Under the pieces are notes generated by a model. It did not search any database. It was not told the origin of the DNA and was given only the letters and a program-made list of their open reading frames with translations. A stretch of DNA of 64,000 bases from Okamejei kenojei. Lineage: Eukaryota. Position 1 is the first letter of the stretch. Each line of letters opens with the position of its first letter. The stretch covers positions 23,064,001 through 23,128,000 of the forward strand of contig CM069138.1 of the NCBI GenBank assembly GCA_035221665.1, read 5' to 3'. A program made the translations under genes and the position numbers. Positions 38,641-49,029 of the stretch are shown here, piece by piece.

Positions 38641-39180
38641 GTTTTTAAATTAATTTGTACACTCTAAGCACAACCCTATCTCAGCACTGAACAGACTTTG
38701 CACGACTGTGGTTACTTTGGTTATGTTTTATCATCATCTGGTTTAGTTAGATATGTTGTGGCACACTTGTTGTTGCTGTTCTGACTAATCTTTATTATAG
38801 AGATACAATGAGGAATCAACCCCTTTGGCCCACTGAGTACACGCCAACCACTGATCATCCCATACACACTAGAAACAATTCACAATTTTACCAAATCCAA
38901 TTAATGTACAAACGTGTATGTTTTTGGAGTGTAGGAAGAAACCCAAGCATGCGGAGAAATCCCACAAGGACACACAGAGAACGTACAAACTCTGTACAGA
39001 TTAATGTGCCTAAAGTAAGAATTTAATTGCTCCAGTCCACTTCCGCCGCATATGAAACACTCTTCTCGTTATTACATCCCTTTCACACATCTCATTACTT
39101 TTCTTCCCTCCATTACATCTGCCTGTTTAATTTCCACTCTTTCTTGCATTTGTATCATGTATTTCTTTTAATATGGGTTG

Positions 39181-39399
39181 CGAATGTACACGTGTTTCCT
39201 CTCTTCTGATATTTCATATAAATAATTTTCTCAGAGATGAATCAAAACAGCCTCAGATTACTTCTAAACCTTGATTTGCAAAACAGTGAAACCAATTGAT
39301 ATCCATGCTTGATAGGAACTCCAGAGCAGTACACTTCAGTGTCCTTCTCACAGTCAACCAAGAACACAAAACATCTCAATTTTAAACAGAAATATTCAA
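39181..39399 (-). pseudogene. Possible highly decayed V exon next to the distal leader
   Basis: Acceptor ctattttacAG sits 100 nt after the leader donor. A shifted frame reads TLKCTALEFLSSMDINWFHCFANQGLEVI* (Cys 39333, Trp 39294), then DSSLRKLFI*NIRREETRVH. It has stops, needs a frameshift, and lacks the second Cys. Confidence 0.3.
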
Positions 39400-39499
39400 C
39401 TGTAAAATAGTAGATTCACATCACTGCAATATGTAAATTGAACTTGAAAGCAGATGAAACTAACCCAGACTGAGCGTCCCAACCTGGGACTGTACTTAC

Positions 39500-39548
39500 C
39501 CACTGCAAAGAGGAACAGAGACAAGGTGGAGAATATCAGCGCAAACAT
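39500..39548 (-). CDS. Signal-peptide (leader) exon MFALIFSTLSLFLFAV(G)
   Basis: ATG at 39548 in aacatcATG context, 16 mostly hydrophobic codons plus 1 nt, then consensus donor G|GTAAGT. Phase 1 joins in frame to V exon 1, giving ...FAVG-LKA-NTSL. It lies in one of the few non-repetitive islands and is too short for the ORF track. Assignment to the V exons is inferred. Confidence 0.6.
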
Positions 39549-41459
39549 GATGTTAAACTTGATTTGCAAGGATTAGACTTATGGTCATGCAGACCCGATG
39601 TTCCCGTTGCTGTTTTAGAAGTGACTGCATCATCTTCGACTTCCCCACCAGATTGTTTCATCACAAATGCGTGGAGTGTAAAAAGGAAGTCGTGGGGAAA
39701 GTGGGCAGTGAAAACCACTGAAATTTTACTCTCAAACTGTAGGCAGATCATCAGAGTAGTTTTCCCCATTCTCTCTGGATGCATCGTTGATGGTCACAGA
39801 TGCAAGTTTCAGCCGTACTGAGGGCAAATCTTTGTAGTTACCCCAGATGCTGAAGTAAGGTTGTGCAGGGTGGTTCAAGAACTTGATGGTTGATGGGAAG
39901 AAGCTGTTCTTCAATCTGGAGGTAACAGCCTTCAGGCTCCTGTACCTTCTTCCTGATGGTACAGGGAGATGAGAGTATGACCAAGGTGATGTGGGTCGTT
40001 TAAAGGTTGTTTACTTGGCACCATTTGGCCAGTTGATCGATCTCCCCCCTAATACTCTGACTCATCATCATCCATAATTTGGTCAACTACGGTGGTGTCG
40101 TCGGTGAATTTGAAGATGGAGTTGGAACCATTTCCGGCCACACAGTAATGGGTACAGAGTACGGGGCTGAGCACCCAGCCTCGAGGTGCTCCAGTGCTGG
40201 TGGTTATCCAGCTGGAAGTTTTGCTGTGAGGTAGAGGAAATGCATTACAGATTAGGGAGTTCACAGTGGCACTTGGAGAGAACATACTAGAGGATTAATC
40301 CACTGTGGGTAGTTTATTCACAGCGGGTAGAGTTCACAATAAACAAAGGCACAGTCATGCTGATGGGACGATATAATGGGCCCTCCAAAAACCAGCAGGA
40401 AATAGAAGAACAAATATATAAACTGATTACAGAAAACTATTAAACTATCAGGGTTTTAAAGAAGGAACTGCAGATGGGTTAATTGGTTGCTGCAAATTAT
40501 CCCAAGTGTGTTGGATAGAACCAGCCTTTAATCTTTTTCTTTAGCCTTTAGCGATATAGTGTGAAAACGGGCCCTTCGTCCCACCAATTCCATGCCGACC
40601 AGTGATCATCCCGTACACCAGCATTATCCTACATACTAGGGACAATTTTACAATTTTTACCAAAGACAATTAACCTACAATCCTGTACGTCTTTGGTGTG
40701 TTGGAGGAAACCAGAGTACCCGGAGAAAGCCCACTTGGTCACAGGGAGAACGTAAAAACTCTGTACAGACACCAACTGTAGTCCGGATTGAACCCGTGTT
40801 TTTTTTGCACTGTAAGGCAGCAACTCTACCGCTGCGCCACCGTGCCACCCAGTGTTTGGGTGATTGCAGGTCGGGACAAACGGCCTGTTACCACGCTGTA
40901 TCTTTAAACTAAACTAAACTGAAACCCTGCGGACCATGGTCAAACTTGTAACGGGTTTTGGGCAGGGGAGAGAGAAACGTTCTGGCAAAAGTGGAAAACT
41001 GAGTATGCGGGTAAACTCATTATTTCCTTTTCAGTGAAATTGCAAAAATGTATAGGATAAAAGATAAATTTGTACCGTCATTTACATTGTAATTTCCCTC
41101 TTGTGAAATATGTTACTTGACAGATTGCACAATTTCTTGTTCAGAGAACCCTTAAATTTCTGCACACTCAACGTAAATGTAGTTCATCTGCCTTTTTGTC
41201 AATAGCACTTAACTCACGTGCATCAAGAAAGACTCAGAGTTAGCATTTAAAAATAATCCCTCCAAAATAAGCAGATGTGGTTTTCTTTAGAGTGACTTCC
41301 TCTTCCACTGCTTGTTAAAAATACATTTACCAATGTGAATAAATTCAGATTTCAGGATGGTATTGTCTCTTGAAAAAAGTGTTTACTCATCACACATCTC
41401 CTCTCTGCCCGACTTTAGGTTGCCTCATATAAAACTTCCCATTGTTTTGCCAGATTCTA

Positions 41460-41800
41460 AAAGTCAAAGGCCTGGATAGAGTGGATGTGGAGAGGGTGTT
41501 TCCACCAGTGGGAGAGTCTAGGACCAGAGGCCATAATACCTTTAGAAAAGAGATGAGGAGGAATTTAGTTAGTCAGTGTGGTGAATCTGTGGAATTCATT
41601 GCCCCAGAAGGCTGTGGAGGCTAAGTCAATGGATATTTTTAAGGGGGAGATAGACCGATTCTTGATTACTACAGGTGTCAGGGATTATGGGGAGGCAAGA
41701 GAATGGGGTTGAGAGGGAAAGATAGATCAGCCATGATTGAATGACCAAGTAGACCTGAAGGGTCGAATGGCCTAATTCTGCTCCTACAACTTATGAAGAT
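41460..41800 (+). mobile_element. CR1 LINE 3' end fragment
   Basis: KGLDRVDVERVFPPVGESRTRGH motif plus CR1 3' UTR. Confidence 0.75.
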
Positions 41801-42744
41801 TCATTCCTCATTGGATTGATCATCCTAAAAATAGTCTGAAAACACTTACATGCTGGCCTCTCATACTTCCCTCCTTGCTTTCAGTCAGCTATTGATGGTC
41901 ATGCCTTTAACATGCATGTGTCATTACACTCTCTTCCGCTCTCCCCACTCTTTCCACCACTCCCCCCTCCCACGCCTTGTCCAAGCTCTCTTCCTATCTC
42001 CTACTTTCATAAAACGTGGTACACTGATCAAGTATTTCACACAAGCACAGAACAGTACAGCAGAGGGAAAGGTTCTTTGGCCCATCATATCTGTGTCCAA
42101 CATGATGCCAATTTAAACTATTCCCATCTGCCTGCACATGGTCTCACCATTCTCTACTTGTTAATGCCTTTGTCGAAATGACTATTAACTACCACTCAGA
42201 TCTGCCTCCACCACTTCCCCCGGCAATGTGTTCCAGGAACCTAACACTTTGTGAAAACAAGAACTTGCCATATATATTCTTTAAACTTCCCTACTCTCAT
42301 CTTAAAGTCTTGATATCTAATATTTGACATTTCGCCTCTGGAAAAAAACTCTGAGTATTCTAACCAGTCTATGGTGCATAGTCAGGCGACTCTGCGTGCA
42401 GGTCCCAGAAGTGGATTTGTAATCATTAGAGCCAGGATTTTGCCATAAATGCTGTGCCTTTTTATGTCTTTTTGATGATTTCACCAAGGTAATGCCTTTT
42501 TCACGAACGAGTGCCTTAATTATCTTTTTTTTTGCCGTTTTGCCAAAAGGTTGTGATATTTTCCCTAGTTGTACCATGATTACAATGATGTTTTCTATGT
42601 TAAACATTAATATTAATGTTAATAAAGTTAACATAGTATAACTTACAAGAAAACCTCCACCACCAGGGCAAAACGAGGAGCGCCACCGTTGGTCGTTCAT
42701 TCGTTCATGCCGCTGCCCGCTGATTCAGTCTTCTCAAAGATCTA

Positions 42745-43040
42745 TTTAAGAAAGAACTGCAAATGCTGGAAAAATCAGAAGTAGACGAAAAACGCTGGAG
42801 AAACAGCGGATGATAAAGAATCTATGGAGAGAAGGAATAGGCAACATTTCGGGTCGAGACCCTTCTTCAGACTGATGTGAGGGGGGGCAGGAAAAGGAAA
42901 GGAAGAGGCAAAGACAGTTGGACTAGAAGGAGAGCTGGGAAGGTGGAGGAAGAGAAGGAGGGAGAAGGCAAGGGCTATTTAAAATTAGAGAAGTCAATGT
43001 TGATACCACTGGGGTGTAGACTACCCAACCGAAATACCAA
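42745..43040 (-). mobile_element. Penelope 3' fragment (GIY-YIG C-terminus plus tail) nested in the hAT element
   Basis: Minus frame FRLGSLHPSGINIDFSNFK* matches the end of the Penelope ORF at about 37910-37965 and is followed by a hammerhead motif. Confidence 0.8.
42840..42875 (-). ncRNA. Minimal hammerhead ribozyme motif (Penelope-associated)
   Basis: CUGAAGA-a-GGGUC-uc-GACCC-GAAA-u-GUU: CUGANGA and GAAA core boxes flanking a perfect 5-bp stem II, with vestigial stem III. Confidence 0.65.
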
Positions 43041-43331
43041 AGCTTGTCTCCTCATTACATTTACTACTGGCTCCAGTCTCAAATCTGAGTTTTCGAGTGA
43101 TTTGTGCAAGCCATTCATTGATGCTGGAACTCCGCTGTGGAAATTGGAAAACAAATCTCTCAGAGGTTTTTTAGAGAAATACGCAGAGGAACTTATACCA
43201 AGCTAGTCATCATTACAAAAAATTATGTTAACAGCAACTTCAACATTGTTGTGCAGAAAATTAGAGATGAAGTTGCATGCAACAAAATACGGATCTCAAT
43301 AGATGAGACAACTGATGCTGTAAGGAGATAT

Positions 43332-43514
43332 TTAAGAAGGAACTGCAGATGCTGGAAAATCAAAGGTAGACAAAAATGCTGGAGAAACTTAGCGGGTGAG
43401 GCAGCATCTATTGAGACTGAATAAGGGTCTCGACACTAAACGTCACCTATTTCCTTCACTCCATAGATGCTACCTTACCCGCTGAGTTTCTCCAGCATAT
43501 TAGTCTACCTGTGT
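43332..43514. mobile_element. Hairpin Penelope-tail insertion with 8-bp TSD inside the hAT transposase
   Basis: TSD ggagatat (43324-43331 / 43515-43522). About 50-bp inverted arms enclose ctgaataagggtctcgacactaaacgtc. Excision restores DAVRRY|VANVIIG. Confidence 0.8.
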
Positions 43515-45272
43515 GGAGATATGTTGCCAATGTGATCATCGGTACACTGGACGCAGGTCAACCATCAGTGAGTATTTGTTGACATCAGAAGTATTTGAGA
43601 AGTCAAACAACTCAACTATTGCTCAGTTGTTTACATCTTCACTTGCTGTACATTGGGCAGAAAGTATAAAACACAATAATGTTCTTCTGTTTGTGACTGA
43701 TGCAGCTCCGTACATGAAAAAAGCTGCTCGTGCTCTTAAACTTTTATTCCCAAAATGGTGCATTTGACATGCTCAGCTCAAGGACTTCATAGAATTGCCA
43801 AGCACGTGCATAGCTTGTTTCCAAATGTCGATCGCCTAGTTTTCAATGTCATGAACATCTTCCTCAAAACACCATCACATGTGCAGTTGTTCAAGGAAAT
43901 GGTATCCGAGATTCCGCTACCTCATCAGCCCATTTTGACTAGGTGGGGGAGATGGCTCTCTGCTGTACTCTGCTATGCTGCACATTTTTTTGAAAAGATA
44001 AAATAAAGCATCAACTGTTTTGAAGAAGAAGAATCTTCTCCAGTCAGGATCGTCAGTGAAATCATGCAGAAAAAGTCTCTCCATCGCGATCTTGTGTTTA
44101 TTGCTTCCAATTTTGCAAACTTCCCTTGAGAAACGTTACGAAACATTAATGAATAACTTGCAGGTTTTCAACAAAATAACTGACGATTTTCTTAAAATTC
44201 CTGGCGATGTAGTTAAAGACATACAAGGAAAATGTGAGAGCGTGATTTTAGCTAACAAAGATCTTGAAGAAATACAAAACATAGCTAAAGTTCTCAATGG
44301 TAATTGTAATGCACAAGATATCGACATGAATATAGAGTCTGTGGGTTGTTTCGGGTATGCACCAGTGACCTCAGCTAAGGTAGAAAGAAGTTTTTCACAA
44401 CAGAAGCATATTCTGTCTGACAGAAGGCATAGTTTAACACCAGATAATTTGAATGCTAGTAATTATATGCAACCAGGTAACATTGGTCATTTAATGTAAT
44501 ATAGCTTTATATTATCATTTTTAACCATATTACGGTGGCGGAAATACATGCCTTTTTATGCCTTTTGTTGTCAATAAATGCCTTTTTCGTGCCTTTTGTG
44601 TGATTTTATGATGCCTGAGATTTTTCGTGCCTAAACATCCTGGCTCTAGTCATAAGTGATCGGAGTAGAATTAGGCTATTTGGCCCATCAAGGCTACTCC
44701 GCTATTCAATCATGGCTAATCTATCTCTTCCCCTCAACCCCAATTCTCCTGCTTTGTCCCCATCACCTCTGACACCCGTACTAAGCATGTGTGTAAATCA
44801 CTTTTAAAACATAGGGGGAGGGCACAGAGGGAAGAGAAGGAGCAGAGAGAGAGGGCAGAGAGAGAGGGAAGAGCGAGAGGGGGCAGAGAGAAAGAGCAGT
44901 GAGGGCAGAGAGGAAAAATCGCATGTTATAACGTGCCATCGACCCATTTTGCCACCGCTGAACAACCCTCCCCTCCCCCAACATTGCACCCTTCTTCAGG
45001 GCGGTCCTGCAGATGTCTCGGTTCTGACAATTCAAGGGATCTACCCAGTAACAACACTACGAGCAGCTTTGGGACGCCGCACTCCCCGACTCGAATCGAC
45101 TCGACGCCGAACTGATACACGCTCCGTCCTGTGCTGAGCTTGCTGAGGGCCACGGACCATAGTTTGGAGACCCCTGATGAACACATACGTACGCATGATA
45201 CGGTAATTACAGTAAGCACTGGCGTAAGTGGGAAGAGTGTAGCGCTAGCTTCCTTCTGTGCTGGACGGGAGG

Positions 45273-46590
45273 CATGGACGGAAATCCCAGGGGGGACAAG
45301 TGGGACATGTCCCCTCCATGTTTTGAGAGGTGGGGGACAATCCCCCCATGTTTTGTGAAACACGTATTTTGCAATCAGTTCCCATCCGACCGCGTGCTGC
45401 AGAGTCGCGGCCGCATGCATGGTCAGCCGGCTCAGACTCTGAAAATAATTAAATGTCATACTTTGGTAATGATAAACGCTCATCCATTCCTCATACAATA
45501 CACAAAATAGATTGCAGCAAAAGCAAAACCGCCTTGGAATTTTACATTTTTAAAAAGGTCTCGGGTTTAATGAGTACTGCAGAACGATTGGAGTCGTTTA
45601 TCATTTCATTCCTCTGAGACAAAAACGATTTGTTAACTGTCGTATTAACACTGTTATTTTGATGTGTCACCAACCAATACATCGATATGCATTCCTCAGT
45701 AAATATAATTGTGTTTTGACCTTCAAGTATTACTGACTCAGCCTTTGAATAAAATTCACGGGGGAATTTCTTAAACTGTCTGATGCGGGTATAATTACCA
45801 TTTGAGCTTTGAAAGCAGACAAAAAATGCTGGAGGAACACAGCGGGTGAGGCAGCATCTATGTAGAGAAGAAATAGGCGATGTTTCGGGTCTCGTCCCTT
45901 CTTCAGATCCTTTGTGAACTTTGGATGTATTGGTGGATGGGAAAGATTTAAACGGATATCAGAGGGTCATTAAGGGACCCAGCGGTCGAGATAGTGTGCA
46001 GATATAGCCCCTCATTCACCCACATTATTCAGTAATTTTTACCCATAATTTAGGGATGTTATAGGAAATTTAAAAAAATTAAGTATGTTTATGTTTATTT
46101 TTGTTAGTTTATCAAAAGTTTATGTATGTTTTTGTTAGTTTGTAAAATGTCTATGTGTGTTGTTTTCTCTCTTTCCCTCTCTCTCTCTCTCTGTCTCTCC
46201 CCTCCAAGGTTAGCCATTTAAATATTTCAAATGCTACAACATGATAAATAACACTGAATAAAACTGAAGCAAATAAAGGTAAACAGAAGAACTATCCTTG
46301 GAGGAAAGAGAGAGGGAAAACAATATACATAAACATTTCACAAACTAACAAAAACATAGATAAAGAAACTATTGATGGGAGGAGATAAAATTGTGAGTTG
46401 TCATGCAAACTTGTCATTGGGCCGCCAGGCAATTGTGTCCCCCGCATGTTTTAAAAGCAATTTCCGCCCTTTACGGGTAAAGAGGCCGGAGAATAGGCCT
46501 AAGTTATGTTTTGACATACAAGAAAACAAGGGGAGGATTGTCCCCCACCTCTCAAAACACTGGGGGGGGGGGGGCAAGGTGGGGGGGCAC
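45273..46590. mobile_element. Probable non-autonomous DNA transposon remnants
   Basis: End-like catggacggaaat...gggggac versus gtccccc...aatttccgccc (about 46437-46470). Block 45318-45347 is inverted at 46531-46560. A nested Penelope tail with a hammerhead-like motif lies at about 45815-45906. Confidence 0.45.
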
Positions 46591-47699
46591 AATTTTATTC
46601 TGCTTATCAAATTCCAAAGTAACTTTAAGTGGTTCTCCACTTACCGATGAAATTGCAATAGAAGCATTTTGGCCCTTAGTTTTTCCCGATTCAAAGTATG
46701 ATCTTTTAAACTTCCTAATATCGGCTGGGCTGCAATAGTGTTAATGGAATTGTTGAGTGTGTTCAGAATACTATGGTGAGGGCAGAGCTTAACCTACTCT
46801 TGGAAAATAGGGTGGGGCAAGTGACTGAGGCGTCAGTGAGCGAGCACTTTGGAACAATGACCAGAGGGCTATTAGTTAAGTTTGGTTTAGTTTAGAGATA
46901 CAGCGCAGTTTGGTTTAGTTTAGAGATACAGTGCAGAAACAGGCCCTTTGGCCCACCGAGTCTGCACATTAACACAAGCCTACACACACTAGAGACAATT
47001 TACACATATACCAAGTATGCAAACCAAAGCCAATTAACCTACAAACCTGTACGTCTTTGGAGCGTGGGAGGAAACTAAAAATCTCGGAGAAAACTCACGT
47101 GGTCACGGGGAGAACGTACAAACTCTGTAGAGGCAGCACCTGTGGTTGGGATTGAACCAGGGTTTCCAGCGCTGCAAACGCTCTAAGTCAGCAACTCTAC
47201 CGCTGCGCCCCGTTTTAAAATAGTTATGGAAAAGAGCAGAACTGGTCCAACATTTTAAATTTAAATTAGCGCAAGGCTAATTTTAACAATATTAGACAAG
47301 AGCTTGCAAAGGTTAATTGAAGTAAGATGTTTGCTGGCAAAGCCAGGCTTGATCCATTACAATTTACCCAGCAACAAAACAGATCCTTGGCAGACACCAT
47401 CTCCCTGGCCCTACACACATTTGCATTGATATTAGTTTATTATTAACCCATGTACTGAGATACAGTGAAAAACGTTGTTTTGTGTGCTATCCATGCAAAT
47501 CATACCACACATGAGCACAATCAAACCAGGCACAAGTACAACGGGGAGTGCAAAAATATCAAGCGCACAGAATACAGTGTTACAGGCACAGAGAAAGTCC
47601 AAATAAATTGTACAAGGTACCTATCGCAGTGAGTAGGTTGGGAGATCCAGACTATAACTTTATTTTATGCTAAGGATGTAGTCCTAAGCTATTTTTGAG

Positions 47700-49020
47700 T
47701 CCTGGCAAAATCCTTGTCAATCCTCTCCTTCATAAATCCATGTTAATTTGGACTGATCCTTTTACTGCTATGCAAATGCCCCATTATTAACTCTTTAATG
47801 ATTGACTCCAGCATCTTTCCCACCACCGAAGTCAGGCTAACTGGTTTGTAATTCCCCGTTTTCTCTCTCGCTCTTTTCTTGAAAAGTGGGATAACATTAG
47901 CTATCCTTCAATCCACAGGAACTGATCCTGAATCTATTGAACTTTGGAAAATGATCACCAATGCGTCCACTTCCTAGAGCCACCTCCCTGAGAACCCTGG
48001 GATACAGACCATTGAGCCAAGGGGATTTATCATCCATCAGTTCCATTAGGCTAACCAATATTATTTCTCGCCAAATAAAAATTTCTTTCAATTCCTCTAC
48101 CGCCTTAGATCCTCTGTCCTCCAGTATATCTGGGAGATTGTTTGTGTCTTCCTTAGTGAAGACAGGTCCGAAGTACATATTCAACTCTTCAGCCATTTCC
48201 TTTTTGCCCATAATAATTTTACCTGTGTCTGCTTCAAGGGACCCACATTTGACTTTTCTCCTCTTTTTCCCTTAACATATCTAAAGAAGCTTTTACTGTC
48301 CTTTATATTCCTGGCCAACTTCCCTTCGTACTTCATCTTTTCAGCCCTTATTGCCCATTTTGTTTCCTTCTGTCCTATGAAAGTTTCCCAATTTTCTGGC
48401 TTCCAGCTACTCTTTTAGTTTTATTCTATCACTAACTTCTCTTGTCCGCCATGTTGTCTCCTACTCCCATTAGAATCTTTCTTCCTTTTTGGAATGAAAT
48501 GATCCTGCGTCTTCCGGATTATGCCCAGAAATTCCTGCCATTGCTGTTCCACCGACATTCCTTCTAGGATCCCTTTCCAGTCTACCTTGGCCAGCTCCCC
48601 TCTCATGCCTTCATAGTTCCCTTTGTTCAACTGCATATCTGACGCTTCCGATTTAAACTTCTCCTTTCTCAAATTGCAGATTAAAACTAATCATATTATG
48701 ATCACTACCTGCAAGCAGTTCCTTTACCTAGAGTTCTCTTATCACATCTGGTTCATTGGACAACGCTAAATCCAGAATTGCCTTTTCTTTGGTCGGCTCC
48801 ATTACAAGCTGCTCTCAGAATCCATCTCGGAGGCACTCTGGAAACTCTCTTTCTTGGGGTCCTGAACCAACCTGATTTTCCCAGTCTACCTGCATATTGA
48901 CATCACCCATCACCACAGTGGCATTACCTTTGTTACATGCCAGTTTTAACTCCTGCTGCAACTTACACCTTACATCCAGGCTACTGTTTGGGGGTCTGTA
49001 GATAACACCAATTAGTGTCT
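47700..49020 (-). mobile_element. CR1 ORF2 fragment, same subfamily as 12284-17957
   Basis: ORFs 47897-48211, 48421-48672 and 48815-49108 are nearly the same peptides (TLIGVIYRPPNSS...ATVVMGD, MQLNKGNYEGMR). Confidence 0.88.
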
Positions 49021-49029
49021 TCTTTCTTT

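Larger units (their letters stand above)
25771..39129 (+). repeat. Second copy of 12054-25270 (offset 13,717 at the start); probable false duplication
   Basis: Colinear throughout. Differences are dominated by 1-2 nt indels that increase toward the gap in both copies. Confidence 0.92.
42427..44648 (+). mobile_element. hAT DNA transposon with decayed CGGBP1/DUF659-like transposase
   Basis: 12-bp TIRs TAGAGCCAGGAT / ATCCTGGCTCTA. Frameshifted ORF pieces [37 protein letters not shown] and APVTSAKVERSFS. Confidence 0.88.

Noticed and set aside
12054-39129. Genuine segmental duplication or localized hypermutation
   Set aside because: Indel-dominated error gradients converging on a 500-N gap fit unpolished contig ends better.
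39562-39569. Octamer-like TTGCAAAT near the distal leader
   Set aside because: One mismatch and only about 14 nt from the ATG; not at a promoter position.
39536-39914. ORFs with PSVRL...GKTTLMICL resembling an Ig C1 domain start
   Set aside because: Requires a frameshift, lacks the Trp and second Cys pattern, and lies upstream of the leader ATG; more likely promoter/5' UTR plus a LINE remnant.
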